A program made the translations under genes and the position numbers. A stretch of DNA of 40,000 nucleotides from Pseudomonas phage D3: the sequence record AF165214.2. One strand, given 5' to 3'. A model generated the notes under the pieces. That model ran no database searches, had not been told where the DNA came from, and worked only from the letters and a program-made list of their open reading frames with translations. Below, one piece after another: positions 18,636 through 27,103 of the stretch. Every line of letters starts with the position of its first letter. Within the stretch, counting starts at the first letter, position 1.

Positions 18636-20879
18636 ATGGACTACGATACCAGCGGTTTCCCGCTCGGCTCGAAAGACCCTCGCGTCTTGTACAAAAACGC
18701 CAAGAATTTCGACTATGCGATGAATGATCGCGAAAGCGTTTCGTGGGTTGACCGCTTCGGGGTATCTCGCAAGACTTGGTTCGGTGTCGAGCAGCAGGTA
18801 AATGACTACCTAGCATCTCAAGGATTCGAGCCAGGCGTCCTGGAGTACGTCGACGGCTCACCGCTGACCGTAGACCGTCCGACCCAACTGATCCAGCGCG
18901 GGGACAACATCTACAGCGTCAAGCGCCCGGCATCGTTCCCCGTCAATCTGACCGGGAACTGGGCGACGGACCAGAACCTCCTGGTTGCCCAGGTTGACCG
19001 GACGCTGCAAGACACCCTGGCCACCAGCGCTGGCGCCGGGATGATCGGCTATCGCGAGCGCACCGTAGCCGACCGCTTGAACGACACCGCCAATGTCAAG
19101 GACTACGGCGCTATCGCAGATGGGGCGTATCACCCGTTGTCAGAGCGGTTCGCTACGCTCCCCGATGCGCAGGCGGTTTATCCGTACGCCACTGCGCTGA
19201 CCGACACTATCGACTGGGCGGCGTATCAGGCGGCAATCAACTCCGGGGCGCCGCATGTGCATGCGCCAGGCGGCCACTACGTCATGAATCGCGGAACTCT
19301 CGCTGAGCGGGATATTCGGTATACCGGCGATGGCTATGCTACCCGCGTAGATTTCAGCCTCGCAGATGGCTCAGGTAGCTGCATGCTGACGCAGGGTGAG
19401 CTTGTGCAAATCGGCGATCTGTCCGTGAGCGTGGTTAAAGGCGCTCGCACGCTGACATTTGCCGCTGCGCCAGACCTGGCTCCGGGCGACGTGGTCATCG
19501 TGTACAACCCCGCCAACGGATCTTGGCTGGCTGATCGCGATCCGTATCGCGCTGGCGAGATGTGGAAAGTCCATTCGGTAAGCGGTAGCACTGTCACGAT
19601 CTACGGAAACAGCTCGTCGGTGTACCTGTTCTCCGAGGTAGACGTATACCGCATGCGCGGCGTTCGCGTGTCTGTCGATCAGATGCACTTTTCGCCGTCT
19701 GACACATATTCCATTGCGCCGTTCAAGGTGGTTTTCGGCGATGGAGTTAAGGTTTCCAACTACTACGCTAGCGATGTCACGCTTTACACAGGGCTAGAAG
19801 TAGAACGATGCTTTGACGTTTCGATCAATGCGGTTTCAAGCCCGAACAGATCGCCGGCAGTCAATGACGAATATGGGATTACTATCTCAAACTGCCATAA
19901 CTTCTCGGTTTACGGCGGTTATGCGGCAGCAACCAGGCACGCTGTCGCGCTTGGCGGAATGGACGCTGTGTGCTGCGTTCCTAACCGTCACGGCCTGATA
20001 TACGGGATGAACATTGAGGGGATCGACTTAGCGTCGGATATCAGCGCGGGAGACATGCACGGGAATGCCGACAAAATCACATACGACAACTGCGAGTTTC
20101 GGAATGGGGTAATTCTTCAAGGGCGCGACGCAACTGTTCGTAACAGCACTGTCTACGGAGTATCCAGCACTTCCGGCGAAGCGATCTATGGATCGGAAGT
20201 ATACGGTGGCACCTACACCATCGAGAATAATCGATTTATCAGCTATGGCGATGGCGCATCGTTTGGCATCGTCCATATATCGCCAAGTTCCACTCAGCGC
20301 GAAGCATTGCTGATCATCGCGCGAAACAATACATTCGAGTTGCCGAACGCCACGGGGTCGACGAAAGTGTTTTTCCTGCGTGGACGCAATAGCCCGCTTC
20401 CGATTAGCGCAAACATTGACGGAGTACACGTCCATATGGCATCTGTCGCGATGCAATGTTTCCTATTCGCGGACGACAGCATCAAGTCTGAACTTCTTTC
20501 TAACTACCTTATTATTGACAATGTTTACGGGCCATTCGGAACATCATTGCTTTACCCGACAACCAAGAATGCGAACATTCCTACGCGTCAGATGGAGCAG
20601 AGTGGGGAAGTAACAGTTACCACTAACGGAACTTCAACGGCTCTGCCGGCTTCCAACGTCAGTTTCCGATATCCATACTCTAAGAAGCCAATGGCGGTAG
20701 CCTGCGCATCAGGCGTCAACGGGGTAGCATTTTCTAGCCTTGGGGGGCAATCCCCGGTGCCAATTGTGTACGCCGTTGTCGCTGCTTCTATCCGGCCTGG
20801 ACTGGTTGCTGCAACCTCTTCTTTCACCTCCGGAGAGCGGGCGGTCGTTGGGTGGAGGGCGGGAATCAGGGAGATATAA
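18636..20879 (+). CDS. tailspike / tail fibre with right-handed beta-helix
   Basis: MDYDTSGFPLGSKDPRVLYKNAKNFDYAMND virion-anchoring start, then VKDYGAIADG...DTIDWAAYQAAINSGAPHVHAPGGHYVM pectate-lyase-like start. Confidence 0.85.
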   Translation: MDYDTSGFPLGSKDPRVLYKNAKNFDYAMNDRESVSWVDRFGVSRKTWFGVEQQVNDYLASQGFEPGVLEYVDGSPLTVDRPTQLIQRGDNIYSVKRPASFPVNLTGNWATDQNLLVAQVDRTLQDTLATSAGAGMIGYRERTVADRLNDTANVKDYGAIADGAYHPLSERFATLPDAQAVYPYATALTDTIDWAAYQAAINSGAPHVHAPGGHYVMNRGTLAERDIRYTGDGYATRVDFSLADGSGSCMLTQGELVQIGDLSVSVVKGARTLTFAAAPDLAPGDVVIVYNPANGSWLADRDPYRAGEMWKVHSVSGSTVTIYGNSSSVYLFSEVDVYRMRGVRVSVDQMHFSPSDTYSIAPFKVVFGDGVKVSNYYASDVTLYTGLEVERCFDVSINAVSSPNRSPAVNDEYGITISNCHNFSVYGGYAAATRHAVALGGMDAVCCVPNRHGLIYGMNIEGIDLASDISAGDMHGNADKITYDNCEFRNGVILQGRDATVRNSTVYGVSSTSGEAIYGSEVYGGTYTIENNRFISYGDGASFGIVHISPSSTQREALLIIARNNTFELPNATGSTKVFFLRGRNSPLPISANIDGVHVHMASVAMQCFLFADDSIKSELLSNYLIIDNVYGPFGTSLLYPTTKNANIPTRQMEQSGEVTVTTNGTSTALPASNVSFRYPYSKKPMAVACASGVNGVAFSSLGGQSPVPIVYAVVAASIRPGLVAATSSFTSGERAVVGWRAGIREI

Positions 20880-21003
20880 GAGATACGGAATGGTCTAGAT
20901 ATGATCGTCGGAAGTGGCCTCTATCCAGTCGCTAAGTAGCCTCATGATTGTCTGTGCATGAATAGTAGGTCACATTCCGGCGATTCAATATTAGGCGTTT
21001 CAC

Positions 21004-21099
21004 TCATATGTCTTGGTAGTAAGTTGCAATAAGCACTAGCGCCATAAAGGCCGTAATTCCTACTGCCTTTATAACTATGATTGAAAATTTTAAATGCAC
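21004..21099 (-). CDS. 31-aa single-TM peptide, candidate Iap-like O-antigen polymerase inhibitor
   Basis: GTG start, SD GGAGG 6 nt upstream; (V/M)HLKFSIIVIKAVGITAFMALVLIATYYQDI; lies beside acyltransferase and Wzy-like genes; not in the ORF track. Confidence 0.5.
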   Translation of the reverse strand: MHLKFSIIVIKAVGITAFMALVLIATYYQDI

Positions 21100-21247
21100 A
21101 GCTATCCTCCCTCTTTTTACTTATAAACCTCTTGCATTTTGGCGCGTAATTTGCTAGGCGGCTGCCTCGATAGCCGAGGCGATCCTGTTGGCCATGACGC
21201 GCTCACTCATCGTAGCACGGTGGGTTTTTTAGCGTAACCAGACGGCG

Positions 21248-21253
21248 TATACT
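21248..21253 (+). promoter_or_regulatory. candidate -10 box (TATACT) for the acyltransferase gene
   Basis: TATACT about 30 bp upstream of the ATG; only a weak T-rich -35 at 21225-21230. Confidence 0.35.
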
Positions 21254-21281
21254 CGACGGCATTTTTCTCCATGGGGATCTA

Positions 21282-23345
21282 ATGGGAATGAATGTCAACT
21301 CTGGCATACGGATATCGTCTGGGTACAAGCCTTTCATTGATGGGCTTAGGGCTTTGTCAATTTTGGCTGTAGTGCTATACCACGCGGGAGTTCCGATGGT
21401 ATATGGAGGATTTGTCGGAGTTGATATATTTTTTGTTATATCCGGATTCTTGATAGTTACACATATAGTTTCATCGATTCAGGATGACCGATTCTTGTTC
21501 GGAGAATTCTGGGCGCGAAGGGCTTTGAGGATTTTGCCTCCTTACCTGCTTGTTCTTTTTGTTTGCTCTGCGATTGCGCCATTTATACTTGTGCTCCCCA
21601 GAGAGATCAATGAGTTTGGCGATCAAGTAATTTACTCCGCGTTGATGCTCGTTAACCATTATTTCCTAGGCCAGCAAGGATACTTTGACGGACTGTCCGA
21701 AACAAAGCCGCTGCTTCATCTGTGGTCTCTTTCGGTTGAGGAGCAGTTTTATATAGTTGCTCCTGTGGTGATTTTTTTATTATATGTGTCAACCTCAAGG
21801 TTGGGCCAAAGAAAGGCATCGGTCATTTCGGTATTTTCTGTCTTATGTGTTTTTGCTGTTTCTCTTTATGGTTGTATAGCGCTTAGTGGTGATGGTGCCG
21901 GTAAAAACTATTCGTTCTTTTTGATGCCGCTTAGAGCTTGGGAGTTCATTGCTGGAGGCGCTATAGCATTTGCTGTGCCATTTGCTCAGCGTTTAGGCAG
22001 GCTGGCGTTGGAAATTATTGCAATTGCTGGCGTTGTTATGCTGTTTTATGCGATCTTTTTCTTCAATGGCAAAAGTCCTTATCCTGCTGGAAAGGCTTTA
22101 GTGCCAGTTATTGGTGCTGCTCTTATAATTCTATGCGGAGTTTCCAATCACAAAATTTTAGTCTCAAGAATTCTGTCGTTTAGAGTTTTTGTTATGATTG
22201 GTCTTGTTTCTTATGCCTGGTATCTTTGGCACTGGCCTTTGCTGACTTTTGGAAGGATATATAGCTTTGGGCATAAAAGCATAGCTCTAGATTTGTCGAT
22301 GGTTGCGATTGCATTTGTTCTTGCATGCATTACATACGTTTATGTTGATAAGAAGGTTTTGAATTGGAGGAAGTCGCTTAAGCACGGTGCTAGCTGGAAA
22401 CATTCAGCTTATGCTGTAGCTTTTTGTATTCCGGCGCTAGTATCGGGAGTGTATATTTCTAAATATATGTCGGTATCGGTTGGTAATGGGTTTACAGAGG
22501 CGCAGATTCCAAGGCCTCCATCAAGTGCTGGAAATTGTAACCTTCATTTGGCAGAAAGCCCATCAAAGTGCTTGTCGATAGCTAGTGGAAAAGAGATTGG
22601 TCTTTTAGTTGGTGACTCGCACGCAGATGCCGCATATCGTGGAATAGCACGTCATGCGTCCTTGTCCAATTCAGTCATTGCAACATTAAGTTCCGGCGGC
22701 TGTGCCGCAATTTTCAATGTTCGCATAAATAACCCAGACGTTGCTATGCGTGAGCGATGCGAAAATGGTCGTGAAAATGCCATAAGAATGCTGAAGGATA
22801 TTAATCCAAAATATGCTGTGCTGTTTTCAAGTTGGTCAATTTATAGTGGCAGAGGGTATTACTCGCTCGGTGGTGTAGGTCCTCAAACGCCTTTGTCTGA
22901 TGTGAAGAGAGGTTTTGTTTCCAAGGTTGGAGAAACGATAGATTTCCTTAAAAGTATAGGAGTTGAAAGGGTTTTAATAATCGGGCCTGTTCCTATATTC
23001 AAGACCTCTGCCCCTAACTGCGTGATACGTTCTCTTCACTATAGAATTAGCCCTGACAAAAACTGCTCGGTTTCACGTGATGAGGTTGAGAAATCGAGAA
23101 AAGATGTTGTCTTGTGGCTGAAAGAAGCGGCAGATGATAGGTCTGGCGTGAAGTTTATAGACCCTATAAATGCTTTTTGTGATGAATCAAAATGTAGAAG
23201 CTATGGTGACGAGGGCGTTCTTTATACAGACACTAATCACATTAGTGATGCAGGCCTTGAGAGGATTTACAATAACAGTAAGAGTGACTTTGACTGGCTG
23301 ACAAATAGCGATATGCGCTCGGTTGGTTTGAATGGGTCGCGCTAA
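21282..23345 (+). CDS. OafA-like acyltransferase (AT3 N-terminal membrane domain + SGNH C-terminal domain), likely O-antigen acetylase
   Basis: RALSILAVVLYHAG, FVGVDIFFVISGFL, SLSVEEQFYIVAPVV; C-terminal LLVGDSHADAA and DTNHISDAG. Confidence 0.92.
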   Translation: MGMNVNSGIRISSGYKPFIDGLRALSILAVVLYHAGVPMVYGGFVGVDIFFVISGFLIVTHIVSSIQDDRFLFGEFWARRALRILPPYLLVLFVCSAIAPFILVLPREINEFGDQVIYSALMLVNHYFLGQQGYFDGLSETKPLLHLWSLSVEEQFYIVAPVVIFLLYVSTSRLGQRKASVISVFSVLCVFAVSLYGCIALSGDGAGKNYSFFLMPLRAWEFIAGGAIAFAVPFAQRLGRLALEIIAIAGVVMLFYAIFFFNGKSPYPAGKALVPVIGAALIILCGVSNHKILVSRILSFRVFVMIGLVSYAWYLWHWPLLTFGRIYSFGHKSIALDLSMVAIAFVLACITYVYVDKKVLNWRKSLKHGASWKHSAYAVAFCIPALVSGVYISKYMSVSVGNGFTEAQIPRPPSSAGNCNLHLAESPSKCLSIASGKEIGLLVGDSHADAAYRGIARHASLSNSVIATLSSGGCAAIFNVRINNPDVAMRERCENGRENAIRMLKDINPKYAVLFSSWSIYSGRGYYSLGGVGPQTPLSDVKRGFVSKVGETIDFLKSIGVERVLIIGPVPIFKTSAPNCVIRSLHYRISPDKNCSVSRDEVEKSRKDVVLWLKEAADDRSGVKFIDPINAFCDESKCRSYGDEGVLYTDTNHISDAGLERIYNNSKSDFDWLTNSDMRSVGLNGSR

Positions 23346-23366
23346 TTTGGTTATTAATTTGCGACT

Positions 23367-23396
23367 AATAAAGCCCATCTAAATGTGGGCTTTATT
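23367..23396. terminator. bidirectional terminator between convergent genes
   Basis: perfect 11-bp stem AATAAAGCCCA-tctaaatg-TGGGCTTTATT. Confidence 0.85.
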
Positions 23397-23420
23397 TTAT
23401 GGCGTGCAAGTGGGTTTATT

Positions 23421-24581
23421 CTATTTTTCAACCTGTGCTATTCTAAGTTTCGAAGACGAGTATAAGCCTAATGCTGCGGGTAGTAATAAATATGTAAAGT
23501 ATTTCCCAACAAGAAGAAGCACTATTGTAACTGCCAGAATTGAGAATGCGGATATTTCTCTATTCGTCTGCGCTCTGCCAAGAGCTATATTTATTCCTAG
23601 CTCTACCGCGGGGGCTATTGAAATAATCAGTATAAACAAGAATCCGAATAACCCCAGGTCATACCATGCTGAAAGAATATTGTGTATGTACTCGCCTTTT
23701 TCATATTTTCCGTAGCTTCCTAATATTGGGCTTTCCATTATCTTGTTTAGGCCTTCAGAAGCTATCCGGCTCCGTTCATTGCTCGAACTGTCATGCTGAA
23801 GATCAAGCAGATTCGCTACTCTGCTATCTGGAATCTCCACTATGCCCGAGCTAATTGTCGCCACTGATCCTGCTGCAATTATGATAAGGGCAAATATAGG
23901 AAGCCCCTTGTTTTTGGACGACAAAAACTCGTAGATTGCTGCAAAGAGAGGGTATGGTACGAATTCACTTCTCGCACCATTTATGTAAAGACAAGATATC
24001 GCTACAGCATGCGCAAGGCATCTGGTTGGCAGTGATCTTAATCCTGTAATAAGAACAACCGAAAGAAGTAAATAGCAGAGGGCGAATGTCTGGTATCCAG
24101 GGATCTTGTCTACTTCGCTTGGTAGCTCCCTCAGTGAAAACCTACCGTCTACAGTAAATATAAGAATGCATGCGGATGAAGCAATCCACATGGTCTTAAG
24201 AGCTATGCCAGGCAATCGCTCTTTTCTGAAAGTGCCTTTGCATATAAGAAAAACTGCTGCGCATTGTGCGATTGAAATCATGTGCCATGTGAAGATATAG
24301 CTTTCTTCTTCTCTGTTGAGAATCACGACGCAGATGAAGAATAGAAGGAATCCAAAATACGTCAGATCAATTACAGCTATTCGACCTGTTCTGAGCGTGG
24401 TCCACAGATATAGCGGAGCAAGTACGGCGAGCGCGGCTGCGGATGTTTTCCCAAAGTACCCTGTAATAAGCGCCGGGATCAGGCCATTTGTCCTCCCTAC
24501 GTAATAAAGAATCGTTCCTGGGAATAGAAGAAGGAAAAGGATGTACGGGACGGTTGAAAACGGAAGCTTGGTCCTATTCAT
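23421..24581 (-). CDS. Wzy-like O-antigen polymerase / O-antigen ligase superfamily membrane protein
   Basis: 386 aa polytopic protein; YIHNILSAWYDLGLFGFLFILI motif typical of Wzy/WaaL; adjacent to acetylase. Confidence 0.75.
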   Translation of the reverse strand: MNRTKLPFSTVPYILFLLLFPGTILYYVGRTNGLIPALITGYFGKTSAAALAVLAPLYLWTTLRTGRIAVIDLTYFGFLLFFICVVILNREEESYIFTWHMISIAQCAAVFLICKGTFRKERLPGIALKTMWIASSACILIFTVDGRFSLRELPSEVDKIPGYQTFALCYLLLSVVLITGLRSLPTRCLAHAVAISCLYINGARSEFVPYPLFAAIYEFLSSKNKGLPIFALIIIAAGSVATISSGIVEIPDSRVANLLDLQHDSSSNERSRIASEGLNKIMESPILGSYGKYEKGEYIHNILSAWYDLGLFGFLFILIISIAPAVELGINIALGRAQTNREISAFSILAVTIVLLLVGKYFTYLLLPAALGLYSSSKLRIAQVEK

Positions 24582-24665
24582 GCGTATTGCCTTTCTCCAT
24601 TCCTAAAAACGTGGCGCGTCATGGTACGCGCTTCAATCATGCTAGTCATTGGATAGTGAATCGCC

Positions 24666-24737
24666 ATGCCCATCACCGAGCAGAAACTGCTGCATATCCT
24701 CCCGAACGCCGGCCCTCGAGCCGGCGTTTTTGTTGGT
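24666..24737 (+). pseudogene. truncated 5' end of a GH19-type endolysin gene
   Basis: MPITEQKLLHILPNAGPRAGVFV then divergence and stop at 24774-24776; resembles N-termini of phage GH19 lysozymes as recalled. Confidence 0.6.
24706..24731 (+). terminator. terminator-like hairpin within the endolysin relic
   Basis: perfect 8-bp stem ACGCCGGC-cctcga-GCCGGCGT followed by TTTT. Confidence 0.55.
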
Positions 24738-24742
24738 GCGCG

Positions 24743-25483
24743 TCACGCAGTACCTCGCCGATCCCTGCGGAGGTAAGACTCCCTTTCCCGCCGAGCGGCG
24801 AGCCGCCCGCAGGTCCTTACCGCAATATCGACCGGTATTCCGGCTTTGATGCGCTGGTGGGCGGTAGAGACGTTGACTCCGAAGTGAGCACAGGCCTGGG
24901 CAATACTGGCGAACTGAGTGCCGTCGATCTCGACTCCGGTCAGGCGTCGCTGGTTCTCGGACGCTTGCTGATGGATCGTGGCCCATCGGCAGTTTTCAGG
25001 ACAGTAGTCACCGTCTGGGTCGATTCGATCGATGCTGTACCTCCCAGCAGGCCGAGGCCCCATGTCTTTGAGGAAAGCCTCGAACGACTGATTCCAACGT
25101 TCGCAGACCTTGATACCGCGACCGCCCCAGTTAGGGAAGTCCTTGTACTTCTCGTCGTAGCACCTGCGTTTCATGCCTAGCCAGGTTCTGTACTCCGGGG
25201 TTTTCAACCCTCGACGGCTGTGCCCGTGCGCGGTGACTTTGGCTGTACGCTTCCTGACGAATTCCCTGTTTGAGCCAAGCGCTGAAGCCCATTCGCTGGC
25301 GAGGCACCCGCATGAACGTGTCGAGCCGCTTCGCAAGTTCGACGAGTTCACCTTTACCTCGGCTCCGCACTCGCACCGGCAGAGCCAGATAGATCCTCCG
25401 TTTTTCCCGGGAGATTCGTAGGCGACCACCAAAAGGCGCCCATAGGGAAGCCCGGAGATATCGATCCGTTTCATTTCATTCAC
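24743..25483 (-). CDS. HNH-type putative homing endonuclease with N-terminal zinc-finger-like region
   Basis: CRCECGAEVKV...RSCGCL and YRTWLGMKRRCYDEKYKDFPNWGGRGIKVCERW...YSIDRIDPDGDYCPENCRWAT. Confidence 0.8.
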   Translation of the reverse strand: MNEMKRIDISGLPYGRLLVVAYESPGKNGGSIWLCRCECGAEVKVNSSNLRSGSTRSCGCLASEWASALGSNREFVRKRTAKVTAHGHSRRGLKTPEYRTWLGMKRRCYDEKYKDFPNWGGRGIKVCERWNQSFEAFLKDMGPRPAGRYSIDRIDPDGDYCPENCRWATIHQQASENQRRLTGVEIDGTQFASIAQACAHFGVNVSTAHQRIKAGIPVDIAVRTCGRLAARRERESYLRRDRRGTA

Positions 25484-25504
25484 CTATTGAGAGAGGGACC
25501 GCCG

Positions 25505-25987
25505 ATGGCAGTTGTTTCCGAGAAAACCGCTGGAGGGAGGAACGTTCTTGCGTTCCTGGACATGCTTGCGTGGTCTGAGGGGACCAGCACGATCAGAGGT
25601 AGCGACAACGGCTACAACGTTGTTGTCGGTGGAGGGCTGTTCAATGGGTACGCTGATCACCCGCGCCTGAAGGTCTATCTGCCTCGGTACAAGGTTTATT
25701 CAACTGCGGCAGGCAGGTATCAGCTTCTCTCGAGGTATTGGGATGCCTATCGCGAAAGCCTGGCGCTGAAGGGCGGCTTCACCCCGGCTAACCAGGACCT
25801 GGTGGCGTTGCAGCAGATTAAGGAGCGCCGCGCGCTGGCAGATATACAGGCCGGTCGCTTGGCGGATGCCGTGCAGAAGTGCTCCAACATTTGGGCCAGC
25901 CTGCCGGGGGCTGGTTACGGCCAGCGTGAGCATTCTCTCGATGACCTGGCAGCGCACTATCTTGCAGCGGGCGGGGTGCTGTCGTGA
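25505..25987 (+). CDS. lambda R-like endolysin (lytic transglycosylase)
   Basis: FLDMLAWSEGT...DNGYNVVVGG...STAAGRYQLL...FTPANQDLVALQQI. Confidence 0.88.
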   Translation: MAVVSEKTAGGRNVLAFLDMLAWSEGTSTIRGSDNGYNVVVGGGLFNGYADHPRLKVYLPRYKVYSTAAGRYQLLSRYWDAYRESLALKGGFTPANQDLVALQQIKERRALADIQAGRLADAVQKCSNIWASLPGAGYGQREHSLDDLAAHYLAAGGVLS

Positions 25988-26352
25988 TCTCCGCCCGCGC
26001 TTTATCGGTCGCGCTGGCCTCCCTGGTGCTGGTTGGCTTCGGCACCGCCGGCGGTGTCTGGCTCGGCGCGCGGCACTACCGGCCGCAGTTGGATGCCGCG
26101 AGCGCGGATCTGGCTGCCTGCCGTTCCGCTCGTGGGAGCCTGGAGGCCGCAGTAGTGGAGCAGGGCGGGCAGATTGCCGCGCTGCGTCAGGCTGGTGAGC
26201 ATCGCGCCCGGGATGTCGCGCAGGCTGTGGATCGGGGACGGCAGCAGGCCGCGGAGCAGTATGCCGGAGCCCAACGCCTGCTGAGTCAGCGAACCGCCGG
26301 TGAGCAGTGTGCGGCCGCCGAGGCGGTCATCGATCAGGAGCTGGGTCTATGA
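25984..26352 (+). CDS. Rz-like i-spanin
   Basis: N-terminal TM then coiled coil, follows endolysin, overlaps lipoprotein gene by ATGA. Confidence 0.75.
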   Translation: MISARALSVALASLVLVGFGTAGGVWLGARHYRPQLDAASADLAACRSARGSLEAAVVEQGGQIAALRQAGEHRARDVAQAVDRGRQQAAEQYAGAQRLLSQRTAGEQCAAAEAVIDQELGL

Positions 26353-26609
26353 GGGTGGTGCTGATGCTGATGATTGTCGCGCTGGTGGGATGCGCCGGCC
26401 GGCAGGAAGCCGAGCCGCGCACGGTGCGCGTAGAAGTGCCCATTGCTGTGCCGTGCCGAGCGCCCGCGGTCGAGGTGCCGGCCTGGCCCGCGGCTGGGCT
26501 GCGGAAGGGCGACGATCTCCAGACCAAGGTCCGCGCGCTGCTGGCCGAGCGGCGGCAGCGGATCGGGTATGAGGCCCAACTGCTGGCTGCCAACAGAGCA
26601 TGCCAGTAG
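26349..26609 (+). CDS. Rz1-like o-spanin lipoprotein
   Basis: MRVVLMLMIVALVGCAG lipobox; Pro-containing VEVPIAVPCRAPAVEVPAWP. Confidence 0.7.
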   Translation: MRVVLMLMIVALVGCAGRQEAEPRTVRVEVPIAVPCRAPAVEVPAWPAAGLRKGDDLQTKVRALLAERRQRIGYEAQLLAANRACQ

Positions 26610-26644
26610 GAGTAGACTACGGCCTTTTCCTACGGAGCAGAGCG

Positions 26645-26908
26645 ATGCTGGTCATTCGATTCAAGGGCTGGTCGGTGAAACTCGACCACCAGGTGGGTGG
26701 AGCAGGGAAGTTTGGCATCTGGTCATTCCACGGCTCGGAGAGCAGCTACGTCCCAGACATGCAGACGATTCTCCGGCATGCAGCGATCCGGCCGGCGGAG
26801 CCGAAGGAAAGCGGCGAAGTCGAGGTATTCATCTGTGATTCGCGTATGCCGCAGGACGAATGGCGGGCGGTAGGGACCGGCGTCGCGGCTTATGAGTCGG
26901 ACCGCTGA
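26645..26908 (+). CDS. hypothetical protein
   Basis: 87-aa ORF from ATG 26645. Confidence 0.5.
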   Translation: MLVIRFKGWSVKLDHQVGGAGKFGIWSFHGSESSYVPDMQTILRHAAIRPAEPKESGEVEVFICDSRMPQDEWRAVGTGVAAYESDR

Positions 26909-27038
26909 ATGCTGGCCGTGACGGAAACGTGAAGCACGGAAATGGAAAACGTGAAAAGGAATTTCACGATTGGCACAGTTTAAGTGATTGCGGTCGGCGT
27001 AAACTGTTGTAATATAAGAGCTTCTGAGGTGCGAGACA

Positions 27039-27094
27039 GGATTTAGGTTCCAGCGCCGCAAGGCGTGAGAGTTCGAGTCTCTCCGTCCGCACCA
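27039..27094 (+). other. attP: attP core: 3' end of a tRNA-Leu(UAG) gene without its 5' half
   Basis: ggATTTAGGTTCCAGCGCCGCAAGGCGTGAGAGTTCGAGTCTCTCCGTCCGCACCA; TTTAGGT anticodon loop, T-arm GAGAG/CTCTC and CCA present; no GCGGACG acceptor 5' strand upstream; adjacent to integrase. Confidence 0.8.
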
Positions 27095-27103
27095 CCTTCT
27101 AAA

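Noticed and set aside
21143-21200. Minus-strand 18-aa ORF MSERVMANRIASAIEAAA with GCCTCG/CGAGGC hairpin
   Set aside because: Too short and no good SD; could be a relic, but not enough support to call a gene or regulatory RNA.
27039-27094. Functional phage tRNA
   Set aside because: Only the 3' part is present; no D arm or matching 5' acceptor strand, so it is an attachment core.
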